The notes under the pieces are model-generated. The model had not been told where the DNA came from and did no database searches. It worked only from the letters and a program-made list of their open reading frames with translations. The position numbers and the translations under genes are program-made. This document shows positions 44,800 to 58,900 of a stretch of DNA of 64,000 nt, piece after piece (the stretch's first letter is position 1; each line of letters begins with the position of its first letter). Source of the DNA: Magallana gigas (lineage: Eukaryota); the NCBI RefSeq assembly GCF_963853765.1, contig NC_088860.1, forward strand, positions 16,244,001 to 16,308,000. Direction: 5' to 3'.

Positions 44800-45830
44800 T
44801 TGAATATTCATGGATTCTGTTTTGACACAATATCGTATATCATCTGTTAAAAAATTGTATGATAATCATATGTTCATATGTTAATCAATACAATAATATA
44901 AAATTAAATATCGCATCCTATCATATTTACAACATATATCATATACTACAATAAAATACCATAATAAACAACGATGAGATATGATATTGTAACGTATGAT
45001 ATGACATTGTATTGTGTTATACGTTATTGTTTTTGATCACATAATACAATATCATAATATATAAAAAAATATAGTATTATTAATATTACAATATCATATT
45101 ACATAATACATCATAACATTGAAACATATGATATTATATTGTATAGTATAGTATGATACTGTATCATTTTTTATGCATAATATGATATTGTATCATATGA
45201 TACAATATGATTTGATACAACATTGTATCATATCAAATGATACAATATTATGTGATAAAGTAAAATATTATATTATACAATATTATATTATACATATTGT
45301 ATCATATGATACAATAATATATTTTACAATATCATACAACATCATGTGATGTAATGATATATCATATTATAAACCAATATCATATTATACAATATTGTGT
45401 GATACGATATTATATAATATTACAGTATCATATTATACAATTTCATGTGATATAATTCTATATTACAGAAACTAATATCATATTATACAATATCGTATGA
45501 TACAATATTATAGAATATACAATATTGTATCATAGGATACAATATTATATTTTGCAATATCTTATTTAATAGTATCATGTGATAAAATAATAAATTAATA
45601 ATACAATACAATATTATACAATATTGTATCATAATATACAATACTATACATAACGATATCATGATACAATATCATAACATAAAATATCAAAAAAATTGAT
45701 ACAATATCATATTGTATCATATAACTTTTTATAATATTACATATGGTATTATATTGTATCATATTTAACAATATTGTTTTATACCATATAATACTATATC
45801 ATAGGAATCATGTTATATCATTTATCAACA
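44800..45830. repeat. AT-rich degenerate low-complexity/minisatellite tract (ATATCATATTATACA-like)
   Basis: Direct reading. Confidence 0.8.
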
Positions 45831-45859
45831 AACACATCTATCTATCGAGCAGGTTTGAG

Positions 45860-47290
45860 TGACGTAGGAGATTTCTTTAGCATCCTTGATAATGGAGATC
45901 AGGCTCTGCATCTGAAGCAACCTCTGCGTTTCATTTAAATATAGTTAAATCAACTATGCAAGCTATCATCTATAAAACATGTGACCTGTTCCAAAAAAAC
46001 TAAACCTCATCCAGCATCCGAAACCAATGGCTCAGATTCAGCATTCAAGCCTGTCAGGTGGAACACTATAATATAAAAGACGCATCTCCATGCAAGTTTG
46101 GTGAAGTTCAGACCAGTAATAACTAAGATATCATCATCAGAGGGCACTAGCAATTAAAACCTTAATCTGCTCCAGCATCCGCAACCTTTGGTTCAGATTC
46201 AGCATCCATGCCTGTCAGATGCATATGTATCATAAGACACACCATCCATTCAAGTTTGGTGAAGTTAAGACCTGTAATAACTAAGATATATTTTTTAGCA
46301 TCCTTGATAATGGAGATCAAGCTCTGCATCTGATGCTTCCTCTGTGATTCATTCATATTACAGTTTAATCAACTATGCAAGTTTGAAATAGTACTATTAT
46401 CTATTTAACATGTGACCTGTTCAAAAAAACTTAACCATATCCAGCATCTGAAACCTATTGCTCAGACTCAGCATTCAAGCCTGTCAGGTGCATCAGTATC
46501 ATAAGACGCACCATCCATGGGAGTCTGGTGAAGTTAGGACAAGTAATAACTAAGATATAATCATCAGAGGGCACCTGTTTCAAAAACTTTAACCAGCTCT
46601 AAAAACCTTAACCTCCTCCAGCATCCGAAACCTATGGCTCAGACTTAGCATTCAAGCCTGTCTGGTGCATCAGTATCATAAGAGGCACCATCCATGGAAG
46701 TCTGGTGAAGTTAGGACAAGTAGTAACTAAGATATAATCATCAGAGGGCACCTGCAACAAAAACTTTAACCAGTTCCAAAAACCTTAACCTCCTCCAGCA
46801 TCTGAAACCTATAGCTCAGATTCAGCACCCAAGCCTGCCTGGTTCATCAGTATCATAAGACACACCATCCATGCAAGTTTGGTGAAGTACGGACCAGCAG
46901 TAAGTTAGATATTGCTATCAATGGGCACCTGCAACAAAAACTTTAACCTGCTCCAAAAACCTTAACCTCCTCCAGCATCCGAAACCTATAGCTCAGATTC
47001 AGCACTCAAGCCTGTCTGGTGCATCAGTATCATAAGACACACCATCCATGCAAGTTTGGTGAAGTACAGACCTGCAGTAACTTAGATATTGCTATCAAAG
47101 TGCACCTGCAACAAAAACTTTAACCTGGTCCAACAAACTTAACCTCCTCCAGCATCTGAAATTTAGGACTCAGATTCAGCATCCAAGTCTTTCAAGTCCA
47201 TAAGTAGGTCCTGATGCATCATCCATGCAAGTTTGGTAAAGATAGGACAAGTAATAGCTTAGATACAGGCCTGCAACAAAAACTTTAACC
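45860..47290. repeat. 177-bp tandem repeats within the HINE
   Basis: CCAGCATC recurs at 46441, 46618, 46795, 46972 and 47149; older, interrupted copies lie at 45860-46440. Confidence 0.88.
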
Positions 47291-47434
47291 AGGTCCGGAC
47301 GCCGACGCCGACACCGACGCCGAGGGTATAGCATAAGCTCCCCCTGACTTCGTCTCGGTGAGCTAAAAATGTTTTAAAATGGCAAGATCGTAATTTGGTT
47401 AAAATGTCTGTAATTGATTGAGCAACAGTCGTTT

Positions 47435-47865
47435 TAAAATACGTTTTTCAAGGGGAAATCGGGTAATTGAAATGGTGAAAATGGCGGGCGGGCGGCTGCC
47501 AAAAGGGAAACCTTATTGTACGGATAACTTCTCCTGCAGTTTTCAAGATAAAAAGTAGTTGTTTTGCAGATCAATTGTACGTACCGGGTATATCAGAGAT
47601 GTGCAAAATACTTGGATTTGGATACCCCTATTGAACGGATAACTCCTCTTACAGTTTTCAAGATAGGAAATTGATGTTTTACATATACATACATGTATCA
47701 ATTGTAAACATGTCAGAGACGTGCATATTACTTGGGTTTTAATTTTTTATAATTTATGAAAAATATACCAGCTGTTGAACTAAGTCTCGCAGGACAAATG
47801 GATTATGGATACAGTTCATATAAAAAAAAAACGGTTTGCTGTCACATTGATAGCTTTTCACTTGT
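47435..47865 (+). mobile_element. Degenerate HINE, same family as 18511-19095
   Basis: Shares GAAATGGTGAAAATGGCGGGCGG, TGTACGGATAAC..CAGTTTTCAAGATA and 3' ACGGTTTGCTGTCACATTGATAGCTTTTCACTTG. Confidence 0.75.
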
Positions 47866-48189
47866 TTTCTTTAGAAATAGAGGAAGAAATATTCGTTATG
47901 TAAAATATATCAGTGGATGAGATACAAAGTAGCACATTTTATTAGACAGGTCAGTGACTTGATGTTAGATCCGCACAGTCTACAATTGTTGAGGAATACA
48001 TTTCTTCAAGTACCGGTGTTGAAGGAACGGGTTTCAATTCTTCGGATGCTAAGTTTGATTTCTATTTACCGACCCTAACTGAACAACAAAGGATGACTTT
48101 TTAATAGTTAAAAACGGGACTGGCGAAACAATAAAAGGGCCATCAAAAGGATGCAACGTTCTACATGTACCAAGAAATATAAGTAAATA

Positions 48190-48537
48190 TCAATTAATTA
48201 CATTACTATACATATATTCTGATTCAAGTTATTCAAATTTGTTGAAATCATAAACCCTGGATCAATAAGTGGATACCAGGGGGGGAAATGCCCAATTCAT
48301 AAGAATAAAGCTATACAGATACCTGTCAACATCTTTAAAAATCTTTAATTTTCTTATGATATGCAATTCTATAGTTTGTGATATTATTATGCTAGCATCA
48401 TGACAAATATACATATTGTAGATTAATTTTTGTTAACTGTGTACCCTTTCCTCACCTGAATTCAGAGTGTATTTTATGAAAAAATGTGCAATTATTTACA
48501 AATATGTGAGCGATGTGGCCCATGGGCCTCTTGTCTT
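48190..48537 (+). mobile_element. HINE 3' fragment
   Basis: Ends GTGAGCGATGTGGCCCATGGGCCTCTTGT, as at 23464-23492; left boundary approximate. Confidence 0.6.
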
Positions 48538-49274
48538 TTTGATGTTCGAAATTATAGAAATTCAAATTTCTGGATTTTTATTGGTGCCGAGGATTTCGTT
48601 GTTGAGTCGATCTATAATTGTCAATCGAAGTTCTTATCAGTAGGACTACTGCCAACGTTACGTATAATTGAAACCGAATACTAATATTAAATTTTCTTAT
48701 TCTTTAAACTACCAACGGATTTTATTGAAACCCCAGTTGTAATAATACAATCATTCAATTTTTCGAATCTTGAAATTAGATATTTCTTGTGGCGATTTTG
48801 TTCAATTTAATTCTATTCTGGAATCTTTTATTGAAATGAAAAAGTTCCCAACTGTTAAGAGTGAAAAACAAACTTTGGATCCTAGCTGGGAGTTCTCGGC
48901 CATTTAACAACGCGGAGGGATTTTATTGTGTTTATTTATGAATGCTTTGTATATTCTTTAATTAATACCAGAGTGTTTTGCGACTTAGACCAGTTTCAAC
49001 CACATGACATATAAACGTTGGTACCTTTGATTTTCATGAATCTTACTTCTCATGAAGAAATATAAGGCAACACCCAGTAAAAACATCTAGAGCCTTCAAA
49101 AGTGTTTGCAACTTCTGGAATATCATTACCTACCATAAACAATTTTCCAGTATACACTTCAGCATCACTGTAATTATTTTAAGTAAATTGAACGAAATAT
49201 TCAATTGAATATTAACATGAATATATGTCTCAACTTTACTCTCTGTGAGGTACATGTTATAATATTTATATTTA

Positions 49275-49310
49275 CTAGACTTTGACCCGTGCGTGCACGG
49301 GTTGACATTG
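49275..49310 (-). mobile_element. Canonical Helitron 3' terminus (5' end not located)
   Basis: Minus strand reads ACCCGTGCACGCACGGGT (hairpin), a short spacer, then CTAG followed by T. Confidence 0.65.
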
Positions 49311-52300
49311 CATATGATATCGGAAATTTACGAAATCGATCATCGACACACCGTATTGTTGACATTTACATAACCAAGCTTTAAGCCTACAACAATGCTA
49401 TTAATTTCACTACACTCTGCTTAGTAAGAATAGCTGTGTCTCGGGACAGACCTTCACAACAGTTAAAATGCCTCCCATATACCCGTAATGGCCGGAATTC
49501 TGGAGAAAACGTACCCAGGAGAAAACGTACCCAATTTACCCGAAAATAATATATAATGGTTTTCATAGATATTCTTAAATGAAACAAAATAAAATATACA
49601 ATGAACATCTGCGCCGGGAGGCAATACATAATATTACATAATAATAACTGCTGAGGTATTTAATTTATTATCACTATAATTAAAATCAGGAGATCTCGCA
49701 TAGAAAAACTCAAATCGGTAAGGCTACCGATAAACACTCGGAACTACTCGGATGTCTCGCGCACTCGACATTAACGTTTGTATGGAGCGTAGCGGAATCA
49801 GCCGAGGATTGCCGATTGACCGATAAATGGATAATTAGAAGAAGTAGACTGATAACACTTTATGGCAGGTCATTATTTCGTACTAACATAAAAGTTGCTA
49901 CAGTTATTATAAAGATATTATTCATAACATGAACATATTTCTATACATCTATGCAATAAAGTAGCATTTGAAAATTATTTAATATGCCCAACCCCTTTAA
50001 AATTATAAAGTATTTAATTCATATATCTATAAAATTCTATATCAAATTTCTATTTTTCTCTATTATACAAAATAGTATAAAAAAAAGTATTAAAAACTAT
50101 TAAGTAGTATAATTATGATATTCATAAAGTTAGAAACGTACCCGGTTACGTTTTCTCCTGGAGAAAACGTACCCTAGAGATTGGTTACGTTTTCTCCTGA
50201 CACCCCGTAATGTAGCAAAAATTACAGGATTGCTCTAAAACGATTTTGGATTAAATTAATGAAGCTATATTGAAAATAACAGTTAAATTATTCATAACAA
50301 ACCATTTTGAGGTTGAAGATACATGTACCTTTCATCAAATCTTTAATTCATATTAATGAACAATTACAGTGTAAACACTTTTTTCACCAACGTTTTGCTC
50401 GCTTCGAATTTACACACCATGCTGACATTCGAACTCTCGTGGTTTTTCATATTAAATGCACTGAGTTAGAGTTATCTCCCGTATTTCCTTTGATAAATAG
50501 AATTGATTTACGTGTATATGTATTATCGTTTCTGAGTTTATCCATGCAAATGTGATATTGTAGAAATAAAAGATTAGCGTGAATGTAATGCGCATGCGCA
50601 AGATTGTAAAATCCAAAAAATTCAGATGATTTCCGGATTTTTTAAAGGAATTTTCGTTGATTATTAATTAGCGAAGCTTGATTGAGAAAAAATAAAAACA
50701 AATTGGTAATCTTCAAGTACCAATAATGTTTAAAATATATAAAACAAAAGACAGCACTCTTCCGATTTCTCGGTATTAAAGCTAAAAAATTCGAATCTAT
50801 TATTTTAATATAGTAGTATAGATTCAAATACATGTAACAATTTAATTGATAACCTGCGCAGACTTTGTTGCAAACCGAGTTTTGAGCTTGAATCCTATAT
50901 CTAGCCGCAAGCCGCGGTTTGAATAATCTAATTATTGCATCGTATGGAATGAATATGTGTTGCACAGAACGATACGCCAAACAACAATTATAGTCAATAT
51001 TTTTGTGACTCGGTCTTATTATTTCAGTGAAAACGTGCGAAGTATTTTTCTCCGTGCAAAGATGAGATATATATAACTCTGTCACCATCAAGCTGTCGTC
51101 TGCCGCACGCCGTATCATCGGTAGCAATTACCGCCAGCCACCTCACTGTGTTGTGCACACCAACCATTGTGAATGAAACACCTTCAAGTGCGACATCATC
51201 AATATTGTATGAATTCGCCGCTCGCTGTGCAAGATTCAAAGCACTTTGGCTAATTTTTATCCAACTGCGCTGTTACTTGCTCTTTTTATTTTTGGTATTT
51301 TTTTCTCTCCATACTTTTATTAAAGCGACAAATACATTTATTGAATTAGATGTGCATACTTGCATACCGGAACATTGACGTAATTTCACGGTGAATTAGA
51401 CATCCATCAGTCAATAAATTTTTGTCTCACAATTCAAGAAAAAAATAAACAAGAGATGTGTACTGTGATATTTTTGTGTAACTTTTATTGGCAACAATTC
51501 TCGAGAATTTAAAAAAGAACATTGAAATGATGAAGTATAATATATATTGAAACGTGGGACATCCATTAATAAATCTGATTAAATGACATCAACACTACAA
51601 AGGTGAAAGGTCAATAAGTTAGGGTCATGGGTCAGCTTACATCAAGGCGGAGGTTGGGAATGTCTAGTGAGAATCACAGATATGATAACGTCATCATTTC
51701 TAACAACTTATAATTCAGACGAGGATAATTCAGGTTTGCAGGGTTTTTTTTTTAAATTCTAGATAAGTTTATATCACCTTCAAATTAAAGATCAAGGTCA
51801 TGACCTGCAATCGATCAGTGTCTTGATGTTGTTAACATAATTTCACAGCCAGTCAAGATATCATAATTTATATCAGATAGATTTTGTATCTTTTTAAACT
51901 TGATGCACAATTCACATTTAATTAGGCCCTAAAGCGTGTGTCTTGTGTACCCTTACCTGAACATCAAACAAACAGATTTTATTTAAAAACAAATAAGCTA
52001 AAACATCAATCTGAATCAACCATAACAAATAGATTAATATAATGCTGCAGTTTTAAACCGCTTTTATCACACAAAACACTGCACATATCGAAATAACACT
52101 TAATCAACTTTTGAAACCCTGTAATACAAAATGATTATGCTTGAATAACAAGTCACACCTCAACACGAATTAGCACGCATACTAATTGGGTTTTTTTGTC
52201 TCCAAAGTACAATCGTTTTTGAAAATATTTTGATTTTCCCAAGTTTATTAAAGGCAGGATTATATTCATTTATTATATTTATCAATTTATCATAGCCTAT

Positions 52301-52910
52301 GGGTAAAACAACTTTTTAAATATTCAAACGTACACGTACTTGAAATCATGAAGTCAGATTCTCATGCAGATGAATTTACTGGTGGTTCGGTTTGTCATGT
52401 CACTCTCTGAATTCATCTTGTATACATATACGCACAAATTCTACTACATTCTATTTCGCATGGGACAACTCTTATCAAATAACATGATGTCACATTACAC
52501 AGAACAATATACAGGTCAATAAAATATTTACAATATTAATAACTTTTGATTTTTTAATCTAAATGAGGGTTTAAACAGATACATCTGATTCTGCACTTCG
52601 CCATTGGTTAATTTTAGGAGATCGAAGTGTTCATCTCGCATAAAACGGGAGGAGAATGAGATCTCAACATACAGAAGGCATTGACGTCATATCCAGGTCC
52701 GGTAAATCGAACCGGAAGTTCACATCTCGGACAAACATTGATTGGTCTTGATTTGGAAAGGTTAGAGTTTATTTTTGGCAATGTCTCCACCGCAGTCTGG
52801 TCACCCGTGTGTCCCCAAACTTACGTCAATATGTGTCATCTCATGTCGCACACTTTGGCAAGAAAACAACAACCCACGGACCTTTGGTTTCAGTTTTGAC
52901 ATATTCGCTG

Positions 52911-55900
52911 TTAAAGGACTGTATCAAAAATTGCCATTCCTTTTGTTATGTTTTCGTCCTAAAATGAAAAAAAGACAAAAAATGAAATGGTTCAGGTATT
53001 TTGATTCTTGATCGAAGTTAGGCTGGCTAAACGTACACAAAAGGATTGTTATAAAAAAGTTGAACATATAAAATCACATAACTGTTTTACTAGATTTTGG
53101 TGCCATTTTGAATTAGGTAGGTATTTGATTCATTGCATTAGATATTTGATAAACCTAAGATAAACGGCTGTCTCTTGAATATTGATTGCGTCGAAATGAA
53201 GTTGTAGCAAGCATTGGAGATGCTAAGATGAGTTAGGAAGCAATTAGAGACCGCAATAGCGGCGACCAGAGATATTTAATCTCGCATTCATATTTTCATA
53301 TTTCAAAATTCAACCTCCATTTAAAAAAAACAATATGAGAGAGAGAGAAGAGAGAGATCGAGATCGTTTTCAGATCCCTTGTATTCCACGAAAGGCAAGA
53401 AAAGGAAGTAAAAAAAGATTAAACATCAATAAGGAGTTTCCAGTGACAAAATACTCGCGCCTTGGTGGTATTTATCACAATCAAAGCATTGATATCGATC
53501 CTTGAGGTTCTAAGTGTTGCTGGCATCATCAGGCAGCGCTTCCGACAGTCTCTCTATCTAGCCATGAATCTAATTCTTTCTCGGTCGAAAGGACTCTATA
53601 ATTATTATTAATGAGATTTTAAATCTTATCTTAAATCTTAGTTAGATCCTTTGGTTACTTTTTTGTACACTGCAGAGAAAAGACGGGGGGGAGGGGAGGG
53701 GGGGGGGGGCTGAAAAGGGACTTCGCTGAAACAAAATCCGTTTATTTTTACACGATACAGCATATACATGTATGTATATATTGTATACATCTCGCGGGAT
53801 TGGGTTGGCTTATACCAAGAACGTCATGGGTTTTAATTTGAATTTAGGGAAATTTGAAAATCTCACTTCTTTAAATATTTATAGAAAAAACGGATATTAA
53901 ACAGGAATGGATATCGCGAGTCAATCCCATACCTTTATCTATATGTACATCTATAGATCAATCCGGAAATTGGAAAAGCACTTTCGCCTCTTGAGACCAT
54001 TAATAAAACCCCACTATAAACCAGTTTTTCGATAACCATTATAGAAAAGCAGAATTTTAAAATTCTAAATCATATATACATAGCTTGTTTAAAAAAAAAC
54101 CCATAGTACAACGTATTAATAATTTATTTCTGTGATTTGATTGTCACGCATTTTTTTTTTCATTTGATACAGGGAATGCAAGTTGTTATTCTGAACATGA
54201 GCCGCACATATTGTAAATTCAAGGAAAAAAAATATTTTTAATATCTAAAATGGGTTGCGGTGTGAATTTATGATGATGTTGCAGAGGAGCGCCGCATGAT
54301 CATCTTTATCTTGCTACATGCAGATATATTCGTTGTCGGAGTCGTACCAAATTGACTGACAACCCTTTGTAGATGTGTTTTCCTCATCTTATCAATCAAA
54401 AAATCTTAATTTGATTCCCTTTCTAAAAACCACTATAACCACGATTGCCGTATATATGTGTACATTCCGTCGATTTATTCGTGGTATTCCCCGTCTACAA
54501 GAAATAACCTGTCACTGAAACCCTCATTACTTCCCAGTCTCTCTACACAGACCCCCGCAATCATTCCCTTGCCCTCAAGCGTTCTCTGTCTCTTACAACC
54601 CATTAAATAATGTATAGTGTTACCAACATCGACGGAAGAATTCCGGGATTATACAACACTCTACCATTCACTGTAGCAGCGTGTTCGCTTAACACGATGT
54701 TATTTTTACTATACAAGCTCTGGGAAGATACAACATACTACCATTCACTGTAGCAGCGTGTTCGCTTAACACGATGTTATTTTTACTATACAAGCTCTGG
54801 GACGATACAACACACTACCATTCACTGTAGCAGCGTGTTCGCTTTACACGATGTTATTTATACTAGTATATACAAGTCTTTCTATATACATACCCTACGA
54901 CATGTCTCCATAAACTCGTCAAACGTAATCACGCCGTCACGATTGATATCCATTTTCTACAAAATAAGCATATCATCAACACAGCTCAGCGGGAGTATTA
55001 ATGTCCTGAGTGCCGGGAGCTAATGTAACACTCGGTCATTTGCATTACTTCCTGTCACCGGCAGAAGGATAATCGGAAGCTCCATCTGAATCGCTGGGAT
55101 CAGATTACAGAGAGAAAAAAGCAACAATGTGTGGGAGTGGGGAAATAATGTACGTAGAAACTGGTAATTTGAAAAACAAAATAATTATTTAATTGACCAT
55201 CCACATTCTTGTCTAAATTTCATTCATATAAAAAATTATAATATACACGATTTCTATTTCGATAAAACAAAGAATATACATGTATATTGACACTGCATAA
55301 TATTATATTAGATAAAATTGTTTTGTACCACGTAGCACAGAGCAGTGTTTTGTGTACACAAAAATTGAATAGAACTCACGTGAAATACTCTTTCCACGTG
55401 TTCTTTGGTGGTGTTTTCGTCGACCATCGGTTCGGAGAATCGGCCCATCATCTCGTAGATGGCCGACACAATGTCTGTCATCTCATCCTTGGTGATGAAG
55501 CCGTCGCCATTGATGTCGTACAAATTGAAAGCCCACTGCAGTCTCTCCTGGAGAGTTCCTCTGGATAATACTGATAAGCCCATCACGAACTCCTGTAAAA
55601 ACATTAAGAGATACATTCGATTAGTATTCTTGATATTGAAATCGAAGTAACTGAGGTCTTGTTTGACTATGAGCAAACGGTCAATGGAAAGTGCATGATA
55701 ATTGTAATATTTCAATAATGTAACAATACAATAATTTTCAAGCGAGTTTAACAATGAACGCTTAGATTTCTAACCAGAGACGTTATCTAATATACAAATT
55801 AAAGCACAAATTTCCATTCTTTTAGTTTAAAAACGGCCACAAAAGTCTATTTCTTCTTGCAAAGGAAAATTTAGATAGACTCGCTTTGAATTGACGTTTG

Positions 55901-58900
55901 ACGGATCTGACATATTGTTTTGATTTTGTGTAGCGTCTGATGCACCAAACGCAAACATAATAAAACACGGACCCAGACTCATTAACTTGGCGTAATTATA
56001 TTGACATTCGATTGATATTCGAAAATCTGGGGATAATTGGTGACAAAAGCAATAACAGACCGATGGTCTCCTGAAGCAAACGGGATTTCTACCAGATCTA
56101 GTTACGCCACAAAATCTGCCAGGCAGCGAGCTTGCTTCCTGCTAATCTTAGCCAAGTAAGCCAAGGCCTAGAAAATTCAATAGCCTATACAAAGCAAAAT
56201 GTAGGCCCGGTCCAGAAACGACGCAGATTTAATTAGTAGTATTCTATCTGCTTGTCATCACCAAAGTCTACATGGTAAAAGGGGATTCTCAGACATTGCC
56301 AGATATCTGATAGTCTCTCCTCCCATTCCAGTACATTTTTTCGCTGGATCTGTCTCCCCATTATGTGAAAAAATACTTTTCCAATCGATTGTTATTGATT
56401 TTTGTAGTTAACAGCTCTAGAAATCAGCGGAAACAACTCGGAAGGTTTTGGACCGTCTTTTGTTGTAAAGTCTATGTGCAATATGTTAAAGAACATTTAT
56501 ACCGGTGTCTAATCCACTGGTAATAGCGAGCTATTCACATGGTGACATAATAAATGATTTATCCGGGACCCAAATGGACGAAGAACAAGTAAATAAGGCA
56601 TATTTGATATGCTTTATTCAAATATAATTGCCGTCGTTGATTGCCGCAGGGAGATATTTCTACTTGTGATTAAGGTGCTTTACGGTAACGCTTTGATAAG
56701 AGGGTTTTGGATCTGAAACCCTGGGAAAATACTAGAATTAATCACATTTATTTCTTGCAGAAAATGAAGTTTCGACTTTTTCTATGGATAATCTTCTCTC
56801 TGAGTTCTTCGTAATGGCATCTAATCCCAGATCGATATTTAAATCTTCCATCAAAAACTGATTTTGGCTGTGTTGTTTACTGGGCTTTGTTTTATAAGGC
56901 TAGGCGTGTTCGATCAGTCATTCTGTGTAATCTCTGGGTTTCGTGACAGGGTAACTGAGTTGGAAACCAGGTAAAAAACTGGATCTCAGTTATAATTTAA
57001 CAGACGGAAACATGGCGGAACCTGCTGCAAATCTAGTCCACGCAACATAAGTATCAACTTTCGAGAGCAAAGTAATAAATTTCGAATACGGAAAAGAGTA
57101 ATTTAGATACCAAGCTCATCTTTTTATATCATGATTGCTTTATGTCTTCTGCATGCCAAGCACGAAGCATTTTGAATCAATCGAAACCTTGCATTAAAAT
57201 TACCTACACAAAAACATAAGACTCATTAACATGCAAAGTTCCATGACGAGAACCTATCAACGCTCGCTAACTGACTCAGCTTGTTGTCTCAAAATGGGTT
57301 CATTTATTTGCGCTATTACTCTAAAATGCTGTCAAATGATGTTGGTTTTTTCGTCGATGAATTATTAATTTCCATAAATTCCGTTCCATTAATCAAAAAT
57401 ACTTCTAAAAGATCATAGCTAACATTGAAACGTACATTTAGAAAACTACTCTAAGAAAGGCAATAAAGAATCAAAGTAATGAAAGTAACTGAAGGATTAT
57501 TTTGCGCTAAGCTAAAAGATGTGCTTTGTATACACGATCTAATTTTACTGTATGATATCTTGCCTTATTATTGTTATTACGAATTACTCTATACCTTTGA
57601 GGTATCTGCTGTATGAAATATCACAAAACCAACAAAACAAAGTATAAATGTAGTTCAAATCTAGTCACATTATATATGAACTAATACAATTCAAAACAAA
57701 ATATCAAACTTACCTCGAAACTCAGAGATCCATTCCGATCATGGTCGAAAGTGTTGAACACATAATGAGCGTAGGCGCTAGAGTCTAGAATGGGAGAAAA
57801 AAGTTTCATAGAAACTTCTATCATTTTCGGCAAACTGTTTCGGTCAAATATACGAAAATATTTGGATGTTCATTCTTTTCTTTTTTTTTAAATAATGTAA
57901 AGCCATCAAAGCGATACTTGTATTTTAGATATCTTTTAATCTTGACTAGCAAAATATAGCATGTTTTATTTAAGTCTGGTTTTATGATCATGGTAAGCTA
58001 TTTTATATATTTTTTAAAAGTATCGCTTTGCATTGTGCAGTCACTGTAGATAGTAAAATATATTAATAGTACAACAAGTTTATAATTATAAAAAAGATAT
58101 ATGTAAAGAGAATGGTACAGTATTTATCATCAATAGAATTGTAAGAATATTCACGTATCGTTTGACACAGTTTACGGGTTTGTAACAGGTGTAGAATAAA
58201 ATGAATAACTCTAATGGTAATAAATCAACGGCAGTTTTTAGTCAGTAATATTCTTACCGCCCTGTGGAAAGAATTGTGCATAGATCTCCTTGAACGTTTC
58301 TTCATTCACGATGCCAGTAGGACATTCCTGTAGAGAAAGGGACTGTCTTTGAAACAAACTTACATATGACAACATCGAAACTTATTTCACAGATAGATGC
58401 AAATACATGTACTTATTAATACGTTAGTAGCAAATCAAAACTAGTTTCAGCCACACGCATACCACAAGTATCTATTCAACTACATACAAAAATAAAGTTT
58501 GAAAACATAATGTTATTCACGCGCTATTTTGTTTCAAATGCTCAATAAAAACCAAATAAAAAAATGTACTTTACTTTATACCTGTTTCTATGGTCTTGCA
58601 ATGTAATCATTAATCGTTTAAAATAGCTATACCAATAATGTACTTGTAGCATAAATTAAATATTTCTTTTCCTTGTCTAAAGCGTTTCATTAAAAAAGCG
58701 AGAACAATATAAAAAAAAAAGGAAACTCCACAGAAAACTTCTGCACTAAAGTACAAGTTAATACATTCATTGCTGGGATCAATCTAAATAATTTCTTGTA
58801 AACATTCACACAAGTGCAGATCTCTGGAGTAAGAGAGGTCGTATCATCTCTCTGTTCTTGCTTCCAATTTAACACGAAGAAATCGCTCGGAGATCCTCCG

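Larger units (their letters stand above)
40444..47369 (-). mobile_element. HINE with 177-bp satellite array, interrupted by a long-TIR element
   Basis: 5' end (minus) TTTTTAGCTCACCGAGACG plus (GGCGTC)n near 47300-47369. 3' inverted repeat at 44711-44725. The 3' hairpin GTAATC-TTT-GATTAC is displaced to 40453-40467. Confidence 0.72.

Noticed and set aside
50642-51378. 161-aa and neighbouring ORFs
   Set aside because: Compositionally non-coding and within repeat-like sequence; no domain recognised.
52682-52830. CRE (TGACGTCA), ETS and CCAAT cluster suggesting a promoter
   Set aside because: It falls just past the KChIP stop in the probable 3'UTR, with no gene start nearby; CRE octamers also occur in several repeats in this window.
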